64,000 bases of DNA from Trichoplax adhaerens. Taxonomy: Eukaryota; Animalia; Placozoa. Each line of letters opens with the position of its first letter. The first letter of the stretch is position 1. This document shows, in pieces, positions 25,357 to 38,639 of this stretch. Under the pieces are notes generated by a model that saw only the letters and a list, made by a program, of their open reading frames with translations, did no database searches and was not told the origin of the DNA. The stretch lies in the NCBI RefSeq assembly GCF_000150275.1, contig NW_002060944.1:4654123-4718122 (forward strand), read 5' to 3'. A program made the translations under genes and the position numbers.

Positions 25357-28300
25357 ATGGCTGCTAGTCCTTGTCATGATCAAGCTGGTCCAATAATGTG
25401 GAAAGCTGTTAGTTTAACTTATGTAGAATATCCAGCAGGTAAAAATTAAAATAATGATGATAAAACTCCATAAATTGCTGCAATTCGATGGAAGAAACCA
25501 ATTATTTCTTGTCCTCCTATCTTGAATAACACCTACCATCGTAGGCAAATCTTCTTCATTTCTATGCTACCAGTTGGTTGTTTCAATGTGTTAATCCTTC
25601 ATTTAAGTCGTAGATGATATAAGATGATTGATAGTCGTTTGCAGCAAGTATGATAAGGATGCATATTCTATTATGATCAATAGAAGCAAGTACGTGATAG
25701 GATTGGAGTTGAATGTGGGGTGGAGAAGTTATTTTTTTCGTGTTTGTTGTTGTTTGTTATTATTATTGCCTTGATCGAGTTATGGGAAGATCTGTCATAC
25801 ATATATTTAACTTTGCTAGCCGGTATCCATCATCGTAATATGGGTGGGTGAAGGTGAAGTCATTAAATGCCCTTTGATCGTGAGCTGTAGACACAGTTTG
25901 ATTAGGATGATTCAGAAAAGTTTTTGATGCCATGATAGCAGTCATCCTGATTTTTTTCCTGAATTAGTTGCATCACAAAGATTATCGTGATCTATTTGGA
26001 TTAATCAGTACAATTACAACTTACTTGTGGCCTATCCGATTACATATATTATCAGACACTTTGCTGCAATTAAAAAGAATGACCATATGCTAATGCATTT
26101 ATTAGATACATAAGTTATGATCATATCCTAGCAGATTAGTGGTCCACTTTGGCTGAAAGATAGCCTGTCAGTGATTATAGTTGGAGGATAACTGGTTCGC
26201 TAATGTTAATGTTCGTATTACAACAACGCTGTTAGCATGCCGTATCTTCTACTTTATTAAATGGAAGAAAGTTTACATTCTGGACTAAATGTATACTGAT
26301 CCGCTCCCTACGTCATAACTCATGATGCATAATCAACTTTATTAATTAATTATAATGCAATCGGAACATTTTCCACTGCAGCTTTGATTAGAACGAAAAC
26401 AGCTTAAAAATAACACCCAAAAATGGCTGATAAGTAATTCTGTGAAAACATATTACTGCATCACATTACTCATGGGAAGGTACGTTGATCACAGATACAT
26501 TGCAAAATTACTAAAGTCTATTCTTATTGTATCCGTTTTATTGATGACGACGAGGTAGAACGGAATTCCTCAACACAATAAATTTTCAGGAGAGTGCTAC
26601 TATGATCGGAACTACACATGTTTACCAACTCTATTAGATGGAACACTAGCACCGAGTATTTTACTGTTATTATGCAAGCAAGTTGGTTTATATGGATAAT
26701 GAAATAAATCTGTGCTCTTTCAGCCAGGATAAAGCCATGAATTTGTATATTGAATTCAACTTGTCTCCTTTTATGCTCATGCCTGTTTTTAGACATGTTT
26801 GACTAGATCACCGGTGTTAGCCCTTATTATATTATTGATAATTTCTCGCCAATTTATTAGCCGCGATAAATGTTGATTAATGCGATGGAAAATTTAGCAG
26901 ATTAGCATGGAATCTTGGAATATTGAGTACTATATTCGCTTAGCTAGATACTAACGATGTACAATCGAATGGTTTTAGGTGATTTAATTGGCAAGTTATT
27001 AGCCTATTCTAGCTTGATGCCGGTATTTATTGGAGTGAGTTTCGTCACTTTAATCTTATTCAAGCGCGATTTGCATACGGTAATACTATATAATATACAT
27101 ATCTATTGAGACAGATTAATTTCTACGGATAATGAATTATCTTCTCAAGCGTAAAATAGTTATACTTTCGATGTACGTAAAAGGAATACTATGTGCATAG
27201 TTAGCAATATTTTAAACGTAAAATCCACTTTATTACCTTTATCTAACTATATATCACCTGCTTTAATGTAATGCTAGATGTCCTTTTTCTTTGGCCTTGT
27301 ACTCAATGAAATAACTAGTTTGGCAATAAAGTACTCCGTTCGTCAGCCTCGACCATGCCGAAGTTAGTCAACATCTGAAATTTAAATTTATATACTATAA
27401 TAATTGACTTACTGTAATTAGTTTCTGCTGCTTAATGTTATGCAATATCGTTAGGTTCTGAAGACTTGGCTACTGAATTTGGTATGCCATCTAGTCATGC
27501 ACAATTTATGGGCTTCTTTGCAGTTTACTTTATTTTGTTATTAAACGTCAGGTATTATAATAATTATCCAGTACTTCTGTAGCTATTGCAATATTCCTAC
27601 AACATTCCTACGGTGTTTCTTTGTGATTTCATAGTTTGTATATCTTAAAATATATTTGTAATGCTCTAGGGCTTATGCATTGTCGTCTAGCGATCGGCTA
27701 TGGAATATTGCAATATCAGCAGAGGTTGCAGCCATTGCTATTGTCGTGTCTTATAGCAGGTAAAAACTGAATGATGAATAAATTATCTCAATATATTTCT
27801 TTGTATAGCGTGCACCGAATAAGTCATTTTCTCAATTAAACGTAATCTATACCAATAGAATTAGCTGAAATTAAATCATTTCCTTTGACAATATAAATCA
27901 TGTCTATATGGAATAGATTAAATGAATCATTTTCGTCATTAAAATTTTCTTCATGTCTATATTATGAACCTGAGAAATCATTTAATTAGCTTAGCTGTTG
28001 CTATAGTCTAGGTCTATACAATTAAATCATTATTATTTACAACATGTCGTAAAGCTTTCAAATATGTTCTTATTACCTGACAAATCATTTAATTAGCTTT
28101 TGTTATAGCGTAGGTATATAGAATTAAATCGTTATTATATTGATCACGTCGTAAAATTTTCAAATATGTTCTCCGACTATCATTTAATTAGCTCTTGTTA
28201 TAGCCTAGGTTTATAGAATTAAATCTTCACGTTCTTTACAATATGTTGTATAACCCTTCAAATGTATTCATGTTATCATTAACGTTTAGGATATATCTGA

Positions 28301-28837
28301 TGTATCATACTACAATGCAAGTTTTGGTTGGTTTTTTGCTTGGTACCTTATTAGGTGTCTTGTGGTTCTTAGTCAATCGTGTATGTCAACTGAACAATAT
28401 ATTTTCTAATTAGGCAGTTATATTCGGTTACGATATCAGTCTTTACTACAAAGTTATGATTCGAATTTTGGTCTAATTTTCCATCATATATTTTTTAATA
28501 GTTATTTCTTGCCCCTAAATTCTTTACAATTGCTTCGTGGTGAGTAACTATGTAATATATTATCCGTGTGCTAAAAGTTTTTAAGCAACCTACCAGAAAT
28601 ATTATGTGTGTACATAATTAAAAACATAAATCGGACTATTATATAGGAGGATTTCAGAGTATTTTTGGATACGAGATTCTTCGCTTATTCCTAACGTGAT
28701 GAGATTCGAATATGCATCAAGTAGAGGAGAATCTAGGTATAACCTTACTTTATTATGTTTTATGTGAATTTTTTCTGTTTTGACTGACACCAATTCTACT
28801 ATTTGACAGACTTCGAAGAAAGAAATCGACGACTTAA
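25357..28837 (+). CDS. DOLPP1: Dolichyldiphosphatase 1 (PAP2-superfamily dolichyl pyrophosphate phosphatase)
   Basis: Exons 25357-25438 ([20 protein letters not shown]), 26979-27079 ([25 protein letters not shown]), 27278-27362 (KYSVRQPRP), 27455-27551 ([11 protein letters not shown]), 27670-27759, 28290-28380 (SRIYLMYHT), 28502-28539, 28647-28736 ([15 protein letters not shown]), 28810-28837. All three PAP2 motifs (Kx6RP, PSSH, SRx5H) are intact and the protein is colinear with human DOLPP1. Confidence 0.95.
27970..28265. repeat. About 3 diverged tandem copies of an ~100-bp unit in DOLPP1 intron 5
   Basis: atcatttaattagct..ttgttatagc.taggt.tatagaattaaatc near 27975, 28082 and 28178. Confidence 0.8.
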
Positions 28838-30525
28838 ATTTTTTTTTAATTATTTAATTCTGGCATTTTATAGTACGTGTAGTTTAATCGCGTCAAGATA
28901 TATTTTTGACTGTAATATTGCTTTTATATTGCACTAATACTCGTATCATCATCTATTTACCAATGGTTTGCATCATAGCTACGGGTTGATCATGAAGAGG
29001 TAAATCATTATTGTTGAAATTACATAATCAGTCTTATTACACGAAATGTTTTATAATATTGTTGAAAATTTCAAAAGTTAAAGGTTACGATGACTTCTCT
29101 TAATCGCGATACGATATTGTTACTCAATTTGAGAATATATTTTTGTGGCTGTTGCTACGTCAACGTCTGTCCAGAATATTCGATCTATATTGTCGGGACT
29201 GAAATAACGTCTCTGCCATCTATATTGAAGATACCTGTAATGGTATTGCTTTAGTAATAATTTGTAAATTTCAAAATTTTATAAGTGTTAGCGTTTTGTA
29301 CTAAAATAATACAGAAGGTTGTGATTCTCGACAATTTAAAACTAACACAGAATGCCAATTAAAAACATCAAAAGTACATCTTTTGCGGTCATGTGTATAT
29401 GCGTTGTTATACAATTAGAGGAGACACCATCTACCGATTATGCCAGTTTTTTAACACAAATAATATAAAGGAATCACTATTTTATTAACAAACCACATAG
29501 TTTAATGATAGGAGGGGGGGGGGATTTTTAGATTGCTTTATAAAATTTTTTCTGAATATTTTGCTTTTATTTCTAGCATAGTCCCAGTTGTAGGCTCAGC
29601 AGTCAGTCACAGATATACGGTAATGACTGACAAATACAACTATAGTTTTTCAAATTTTGTTTTATGTTCATACTATTGACACAGTAACCAGGTTTATCTT
29701 GAAACGATAGATAGACAGCTACTCTAAATTTAACCGATAAATAATATTAATAGTTTCCGAATTCATAACTATTTATAAATTATAATTATGGATACAGTAA
29801 CAAGTTCCAACTGTTACATAGATTTATTCCTCACGTATATATGTGTTCGATTGATTACTAATGAGGGAATGATACTGTATGTTAGATATAAATATACAAC
29901 ATTTAAACGATGACTATTTAGTAATTTTCAGGTTGGTTACATACGCTACCATAGGTATGGCAGCGAATTTTAGTCATGCAAGAAGGTAGTTACTCAATAA
30001 ACCATAAAGATAATCGAGACTAGATGAAAAACGAGGTTAGTTACATGGACTTTACGAATGGATATCTAACAGGTTCTAAATTTCTTACATGCATAGCAAA
30101 GCTACAGCAAGCCAGAGCTATTAGAAAAAAGAATTCATGAGTAAGCTTAGTCAGTTCTGGCCGTAGTAAAGGCTTAGACTATACTATAACCAAAGTGTCC
30201 TCACTTCTCACCCATTGTATATCAAAACTATCAAGATTAGAGACAACTAAAATTTTATTACACAGTATGGAAATAATAACCTAACTATATCTGAACATTT
30301 AACCAACTTCTTTATTGCTGAAATTCGATAACCTGTGATTTACTATCTAGAATAACATAAAGTTTAAACTAGAAAACTAAGATAGTGAAAAGTACTGCAT
30401 ATCACTTATTAAAAAACGAGTTTATGCTCCCAGAGAATATCGATAACCATACACTTAAACAATGAAGTTCGATATAATGCAGGTATAATTCATTTAGTAG
30501 ATTGTTTTAATTTACCGTTGATTTT

Positions 30526-33500
30526 TTATAGCTTAGGTTTTGTTAAGAGTAATGCTTGCATGTCCAGAAGGCTCTTGCTCACTAATTCGGCAAACAATTT
30601 ACCATTTGTATCAGGACAGCTATTAAAAGTCGAGCAAGAGTATCGATAATTATTTGGATTTGGGCTATAACAAACACCATAACAATCAGGAGCGGTTGGA
30701 CCAAAAAATAGAGAGAGATCACAATTTGACGATACCTATGTACAACCAAGAGCAAATGCTAAATTAATTGATATACATACATTCCAATAGAAAATAAATT
30801 TAGGTTATAAAAGTTTTATCCGTAATTATTACTGTAAATATTTTCATGAGACTTACTTGACTAGTAGACAATAAGATACGAGTACTTTTAGTATAGCCAA
30901 CATCTTTATGCAACTCTGGTACTTCTAGACCTTGCTCCATTGCAATTAATTTCATTCCCAAAAGGTGACGATCCCAACCATGTCCCGTTATTGCCTATTT
31001 GAAAACAGTCAAATTAAAGTTATACAGGTGCTAGTATGTAAGATGTAAGTGAGTCCAATTCTATTATACTTTTATGGTGACATCTTTGTGACGATTTAAA
31101 GCCGCAAGCATCAGCTCCCTTCTTTCTTGATTCTAATACATAGACATTGACAAGTCCCTTTTAGCATATTTATACAACTAAGTTCTTCATCTTGAAATTA
31201 CGATATATTAAAATGACTTACGCTGTAACTTGGCCAATCGATAGCTCGAGCAAAGGTATCTGATTCTATCGTCGCAGATCTAATTGTTTCAGTACGTCCC
31301 AGTATATACTGGCGAGTGCCACCACTTTCATATGTTGGTGGTGATCGGCCATGCAATCTGTTTATTGTAATTGCAAAAATGTTAATAAGATGTTTAACCC
31401 AGAAGAATAGGAGGAATTTAAAAAAACTGATATCTACAATACCTGTAATATGCTAGCTGCATTGCTATTTGGAAGAAACCGTCTGGACTTAGTTTATATG
31501 ACCTGACAAGATTTGCACCGAATGCATCAAAGACTATGGCCCTAAGATCTACATCTTTTGCCAGTCTATAATCACAAAAATAAAACTTCGATTTTATGTC
31601 TCTGTTGAGTCTAGTATGAAATGCTTATACTTTTATAGGCCTAGATAAACCTACTTGTTAATTTTTGTTGTTGCTTGTAATATATCATTTCTTGTTTGAT
31701 GGGTTATAAGCCAATGGAGTGGTCTTACTGTAGGTAATGATTCAGGGTTGATATTTTCATTTGTGCTTAAGCGGTTATTCATACTTGAAAGTTAGATAAA
31801 ATTTCAGTTATAGGTTTAGGATCATATTACTAAGTAGTTAGACTAAGTATCTCTGTATTACATTTTACTGCTATATCACTATCATACCAATAATTGCACA
31901 CATGATCAAGTGCTGTAACAACTGGAGGGCCTTCACCAGCAGAGTGCTCGTAGTTTGCTCCAATTAGACCATCTGGGCCAATGATTAACTACAACATTAT
32001 GAATTTGACGATATTATTAGACATGTATTAAACAATTCCTTCTATGCTAACGTGTACATCTAACTCGTTAAAATATTACCTCAATGGTCTTGTCAAACCA
32101 CCGATTACCGCTATTGAATAAGCTACCTTCACCATGCAAGAGCATTCTACTGTGGTAATTCCTAAAGTATTGCATATATTCCTTGCCATCAGCATTACCA
32201 GAATAGCTAATACCAGGACGGTCAATACAAATAGCAAAAAGTGCCGTTTTTATAGTCTCTAAGTTGTCCTTATTGATGGGATCTGTAAAAATTAGATCAG
32301 CCATTTGTTACTGTACTATTGCTACCAATATCAAAATTTGGATATGTTACATGGGTTATCACAACCTTGTGCAAGATGAGCGTAAGCTTCGGCCCAAGAA
32401 TCTCTATCATTCGATGTTAATATACCGATAGATTCAACAGGTTGTGGAGTACTAGCAACAACTAATTTTAGTTGTTGGTGTATCTGTTCGGCAGATATTT
32501 TCTGTCCGTTTCGCATCACGTCAACAGCAAAAATCTAATCAATTCGGTACCGGAAAAAAATTGAAGTTAATGGTATTCATATGGCTACAAATTAACGAAT
32601 AATTAATGTTGCGAAATAATGAGATCTGTATTTATATTTTGAAATCGATTGTTCACTGTAATAAGTATATGTATGTACGTCTTACATCCATAGGTAATTA
32701 CTTGTCTTGTGTACATGCATATAGCTCTGAATGTACATTTTATCTATCGTGTGATATTGTTACAAGATTTTACCCAAAGCAGAAGTTATTTGGTATGTAC
32801 TGTAGATATCATATTTAGTAGATCTTCTAATTTTTTTCATTAAAACGGTTACCTGATTATTATAGATTACAATAATGTGATTGCATGGTGGGTTGCCATA
32901 GGGATGGGTGTAAAAAGCATCTCTTTTTGGTTTAGGAACTCTACAGGAACCAAAGATATTCGTGTGTTGTATCATACACATTGGGCGCTTTCCTGCAGTA
33001 TCCACTTCTAAATCTCCACTACAATATAAATAACGAAATAGCGACAGTGACAAGAATTAATAAGTAAGCACTTCTATGCTTGAATAGCTCTATTTTTAGC
33101 AGATATTGAGCATTTCAATACAGTAGTTGCTACTAATAAGCAATGGATACTTTATCTCATACCGAATTATTTTTTCGTAGTATTCTAAGGCAGAATAAGC
33201 CGCCATTGCTCCATATCTACAATTATTTAATTAGTGTTGAGAGTTATTATGGTTTGTTTTAGCAAAAAAAAGATCATTTGAAATAATTTCTTTCTGGCAC
33301 TGAATTCAATTTACAACGTATCAATGATATCAAGTGCAACAATCAATATGTAAAAGAATATTTTGAACGACATACTCAAGTTGGCCTTCTAATCCACTGA
33401 AATTAAATTTTGGAAATATAATAGCTGGATTAGAATTAACAATATTGGGTGCACGATACTCCAAGTAGGCGTAATTAAGCCACCATTCAGCAAGCTAAAT

Positions 33501-34033
33501 AATAGATATTAATTAGTTAGAAATTTAAATGTTTTCTTTGCAATTATAAAATATCTCTTAGTCAATAGGTGTTCACGACTGGCCGTCAAATAGACGAATG
33601 TTTTAATTTAAGTAAAGTAGGTGTGAACATGCGAGTTATATTATAAAAAACATTTAGGCAAGTAAGTTATTCAACTTATGGATGAGCATTTTAAAGTAGT
33701 AGACATATTATTTTACTGTATACTTGTTATTATATCGATGGTTATTACCCAATTGTTATGCTGTTTGGCTCTTTCTTTCAGCTTTTCATTAAGAGTATGT
33801 CCGATACCACCGGATTCACCAAATTTTTCAACTATTTTTTTGGTATTTTCGAATTCAACAGAAGTTAATAATGGCTTAATTGATAGCAAGTATCGATCTA
33901 ATGTATCCTTTAACGGAGGAACAGGCAAGTGAGGTAGTGAGGATTGATGAGTTAAAAACCCACGAGCAGCAGTGATTACTGGTAATAGCCTTTGCTGATG
34001 ATAGAGCTTAGTTTTCATGATTGTTTTCAGCAT
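30526..34033 (-). CDS. CRAT: Carnitine O-acetyltransferase
   Basis: 13 coding exons: 34033-33749, 33494-33376, 33216-33163, 33018-32853, 32534-32366, 32282-32080, 31988-31888, 31783-31655, 31565-31443, 31357-31222, 31132-31070, 30994-30857, 30735-30526. Motifs LPHLPVPPL, NWLAEWW, NRWFDK, catalytic YEHSAGEGPP, carnitine-type GRTETIRS, DRHLFG, LSTSQ, FFGPTAPDCYGVCY. C-terminus ...LLTKPKL*. Confidence 0.95.
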
Positions 34034-34249
34034 GAGGAACAATTAACGACTAAAAAACAAAAGTGCAAAATTTATAAGTACCATGTTCATAAAGTAAGGA
34101 TATTCTTAACTTATCCAGTACTCTCTTATCCATTCGCAACATGAAGTCAATAGAAAATGAATGTATGACAACTAATCAAGATATCACCCCTAATTGGTTG
34201 TATTACAGATTTGGAAATAGATCGCTAGCCCAGCCGAGCTGAAGCTAGT

Positions 34250-35330
34250 GAAATAACTTATTTGATGGACGCACCAAAATTGAAGGAAATGATGTAGGGT
34301 TTGCATGCAATGACATTGTCAGTATAGGTTATCAAGTAGGCACGACCTTATTAGACGCCTATCGTATTGGCATGATGGAAGATGGCAAGGTAAACGAAAT
34401 GGTCAGCTACTTCCATGCTATGATAGACTGCTTACGTAAGTTATCATCAATATGCCATACATGGATCATGTAGTTATGGCTAATGATGACAAGGTGTAGA
34501 GCATTTTAAGCTGATTTACGTAGACCAAAGCTTGAATGAACTTACTATGCTATGATAGATTATCTACACAAGACTAATGATACGCGTCTATTCGCTAGAC
34601 ATGAACATGGCGATAAATTGTAGGACATTTTACCTGGCGTAGCTAAGAAGTTGAAGTGATAAATCAACTTATCCTATGAGCATATATACAAGATAGCAAG
34701 GCCTAGGGCATTTTACAGTTAGTAGGATTTACGTTGTAGAAAAGTCTTAAATGGTCCGTCAATAAATATGATGATAAACTATCATCATACATATGTGAGT
34801 AAGTGGCAATGATGCGCACGTCTATAAAGTAGATGAGATGGAGAAAAGTTGGAATGATCAGTTAATAAATGTTATGATAGACTATCGACATACACGTACG
34901 AGCAAGACGCCATGATGCCCACGTCTATTATATTTAAGTAAGGGTAATTATAGTGATGAAATATTGGGCGTTTTAGCAGAATTGACCGAACTGAAAAGTA
35001 TAAATGATCAACCAATTGATGTTATAATAGAGTATCTACATATGATCCATCAATTCCTGTACGAATGTTGGCATGGCTATGACAACAAGATGTGGCGAAT
35101 GATAACAAGGTACAGTATAGGGTATTTTAGCAGAGTCTCCTTATGCGTAGATCCAAGGTTTGCATGATCAACTTATGTTATCGTCGAGTATCTCTACATG
35201 ATCAATGATACATTGATTGTGTGGCATAGTCAAGGATGGCAAAACGTGGAGGTATACAGCACTAGCGGAATTGATCTCCGTCCTATTGGTATAGCAATGA
35301 TGAAGGATGATAAAGCATAAGGCTTATGAG
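34250..35330. repeat. Old, degenerate tandem repeat tract upstream of the CRAT ATG
   Basis: Recurring words atgctatgatagact / atgttatgatagact (about 34416, 34547, 34869), ggcattttag, aatgatcaactt and ggcatgg..atg..aagg at roughly 130-180-bp spacing. Confidence 0.5.
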
Positions 35331-36861
35331 TAGAATCGACGTAGGTCACAAGTCTGAGCGATCCAAGAATAAAATTGGATGATAGAGTATCCATGAAGTG
35401 ATCGATAACGATGGTTGAAAAAAGGCTTTGAAAATTTGGGGATATAGTGCTGATCTAATGGTTTCTCTCCCGTTCTGGATTCGCCAATTAAACAGATAGC
35501 GGATAAAGGATCGGTCCATCACTGAATCATTCATGAAATGACCGTAATCAATTTTATTGCTACGTATTATGGTAGAATACTTGTCCATTCTTTCTTTCTT
35601 CCCGCTGTTATGATACAAGCGATGGGGGAAGAAAGTGATAATAAAATTAGTTGGATGATGGTGGTGGAATCGTATATCGTTTCTAGCATTTATTTGCATA
35701 GGAAAAATCATTTTGTTGTCAAATGATGGCCGATTTTAATATAATAACGTGGTTGTCAGCTCAAGGAAGAAATGGACAATCTACTATATAGGGAAGGACA
35801 CCATGATAGCAACATAACAGCAGAAGCCAAACTAAACAACTGTATCCATAACGGAAATGATCGTGAACAGCGAGTAGCGACAGTAATCGAAGATATGGAT
35901 GAAAATAGTGAATAATATTGATGGAAAAGTCTCTACCTTGTTAAGCTGGCAGCTGCAATCGTCCAGAGGAAACTTCCGATTGGATTTGAGGCCTAGGGAT
36001 ACTGTCAATGGATTTCTCTTCCTGTTAAGAGATATACTGTACTGTAGAATAATATTACTAGTATTCCCTAAACAGTTGAACAGCCGGCGCAAGCAGGTTG
36101 TAGAGTAGGATGTCTCCTCATGTAGGAGGTTCTAGTAGTCATTTAGACTGATCAATCATGTCTTGGGCAAGGATACAAGGGTCATCAAGGGGTGAAAAAG
36201 GAATGGCTTCTTGCTCATAACGTGCACTAGTCATCCATTAAAGTAAGAGCGATACTATGGGCTATTAGTCAATCAAGCTTACGCCTATCTCGCCATACAA
36301 AGTTCGCACCCTTTCCGCCCTCGGGGTCATTAAGCTCATGAATAAAATCAATCAATTATAATAATTAATTCTATCATACTGCTTGCAGTATGATAGAATA
36401 CAATGTCAGCAAAAGGTAAAAGAGGAGAGGTTTTGTTTAAGTTTTCTCATGCTGTCTACTGTACAGTATTGCCTAAGGCAGTATTGTGCAATTACTGTCC
36501 ATAGAGAAAGTGTCCATCCATTTTTGCTCTTTAAAGATACGAGCTCAACTTACATTGATTCTGTGTAAGTGCATTGGAAGATCCTCTTTTTTTTATAGGA
36601 CTTTTTGGTGCCTATTTAAGAAGATCAATTCTTCTGCCAACAATCTCCATGCACTTCTGTCTAACCCGTAGAGTTAAGAAAAAAACAATTTTATGGTCTA
36701 ACCTCGTATAAGCATCATCTGCAGTATTTTGAGAGTACTCAAGAGCAAATTGACCGAGTTCTTACTATACTTTTGCTTTTTTTTTTTGGGGGGGGGGGAA
36801 GGTCTGGACGAGACTGCGGACAAACTGATCATTATAATCGTCTATTATTATTATACGTAAT

Positions 36862-37383
36862 GACTAAGAACTACGAACCAGTAGTGCTAGCCATGAAGAA
36901 CTAGGCCAAGGAAACCTACAGTATAAGCACTTGTGATCAATTCGGCAAGAACGTACCGACTAAGAACTAAAAACCAGTAGAGCTAGCCATGAAGAACTAG
37001 GCCAAGGAAACCTACAGTATAAGCACTTGTGATCAATTCGGTAAGAACGAACCGACTAAGAACTAAAAACCAGTAGAGCTAGCCATGAAGAACTAGGCCA
37101 AGGAAACCTACAGTATAAGCACTTGTGATCAATTCGGTAAGAACGAACCGACTAAGAACTAAAAACCAGTAGAGCTAGCCATGAAGAACTAGGCCAAGGA
37201 AACCTACAGTATAAGCACTTGTGATCAATTCGGTAAGAACGAACCGACTAAGAACTAAAAACCAGTAGAGCTAGCCATGAAGAACTAGGCCAAGGAAACC
37301 TACAGTATAAGCACTTATGATCAATTCGGCAAGAACGTACCGACTAAGAACCAGTAGTGCTAGCCATGAAGAACTAGGCCAAG
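36862..37383. repeat. 96-bp tandem array, about 5.4 near-identical copies
   Basis: Unit gactaagaactaaaaaccagtagagctagccatgaagaactaggccaaggaaacctacagtataagcacttgtgatcaattcggtaagaacgaacc begins at 36862, 36958, 37054, 37150, 37246 and 37342. Stop codons occur in all six frames. Confidence 0.97.
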
Positions 37384-37384
37384 T

Positions 37385-38445
37385 CGACAATCTATTTTGC
37401 ACACTAGGAGACTGGTAGTAGAACACTAGAGCAAAGATACGATGTGCAAATAAATTGTCACCTATTTCATGCCACAGTCTTCCTTATCAGTAGTAGAATT
37501 GTATCTTGCTAAATAACAGGAGAAACGAAGGCCATGCGACAATCTATTTTGCACACTAGGAGACTGGTAGTAGAACACTACAGCAAGATACGATATGCAA
37601 ATAAATTGTCACCTATTTCATGCCACAGTTTTCCTCATACAGTAGTAGAATTGTATCTTGCTAAATAAGAGGAGAAACGAAGGCCATGCGACAATCTATT
37701 TTGCACACTAGGAGACTGGTAGTAGAACACTACAGCAAGATACGATGTGCAAATAAATTGTCACCTATTTCATGCCACAGTTTTCCTCATACAGTAGTAG
37801 AATTGTATCTTGCTAAATAACAGGTGAAACGAAGGCCATGCGACAATCTATTTTGCACACTAGGAGACTGGTAGTAGAACACTACAGCAAGATACGATGT
37901 GCAAATAAGTTGTCACCTATTTCATGCCACAGTCTTCCTCATACTGTAGTGTACTTGTATCTTGCTAAATAACAGGTGAAACGAAGGCCATGCGACAATC
38001 TATTTTGCACACTACGAGACTGGTAGTAGAACACTACAGCAAGATACGATGTGCAAATAAATTGTCACCTATTGCATGCCACAGTCTTCCTCATACTGTA
38101 GTGTACTTGTATCGTGCTATGCGGCCATCTATTTTGCACACGAGAAGACTCGTAGTAGCTTAGAAGAGCAAGATACGATGTGCAAATAAGTTGTCACCTA
38201 TTTCTTGCCACAGTTCTAGTTGTACTGTTTATGTATTTTGCTGAAAAAGAGATGAAACCGAGGGCGTGCGAAAATCTATTTTGCACTTTAGGAGACTCTT
38301 AGTAGTACAGTACAATAAGATACTATGTACAAATAAATTGCCATCTATTTTATGTTACAGTCTTGTTTATACAGAATTTGTATCCAGCTAAAAAAAAGAG
38401 ATGAAACGGAGCCCATGCGACAATCTATTTTGCACACTAGCAAAC
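37385..38445. repeat. 152-bp tandem array, about 7 copies, diverging rightwards; unit is internally self-complementary
   Basis: Unit start cgacaatctattttgcacac at 37385, 37537, 37689, 37841 and 37993, with degraded copies near 38122, 38269 and 38418. Confidence 0.97.
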
Positions 38446-38639
38446 TCGTAGGGTGGTTAATGCGCTTGTCTCTTCTGGAAGGTGCGCAGACTCTGTTCAA
38501 TCTTAACATCACCCTTGGCTGTGATATTGCTCTGTATACTATACCATAGTGTCAAGAAGTACTGTATGGGATAGTCAACTGCAGTACAATATACAACGCA
38601 CGCTTGGAGCGCCTATACAAAGCTTCAAGAAGTGCAAAC

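Noticed and set aside
30526-34033. Choline acetyltransferase
   Set aside because: It has the carnitine-type TET motif (31293-31285) rather than the ChAT VDN motif, organellar targeting signals, and DOLPP1 as neighbour.
34050-34105. U12-type intron (ATATCCTT on the minus strand) in the CRAT 5'UTR
   Set aside because: It would be only about 55 nt with AT-AG ends and no TCCTTAAC branch site. All reconstructed coding introns are GT-AG.
34964-36671. ORFs between CRAT and the arrays as a gene or transposase
   Set aside because: No recognisable domain, overlapping short ORFs on both strands, and no coherent exon chain.
37841-37995. Canonical HDV-like or hammerhead ribozyme in the 152-bp unit
   Set aside because: The element order (catgcc, acagt-cttcctcat-actgt, gtatcttgc, cgaa, ggccatg) superficially resembles an HDV fold, but the P1/P3 lengths and P1.1 GG placement do not fit, and there is no CUGAUGA hammerhead core.
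36862-38445. CRISPR array or repeat-encoded protein
   Set aside because: Units are contiguous with no unique spacers, there are no cas genes, and the context is eukaryotic. The 96-mer has stops in all six frames and 152 is not a multiple of 3.
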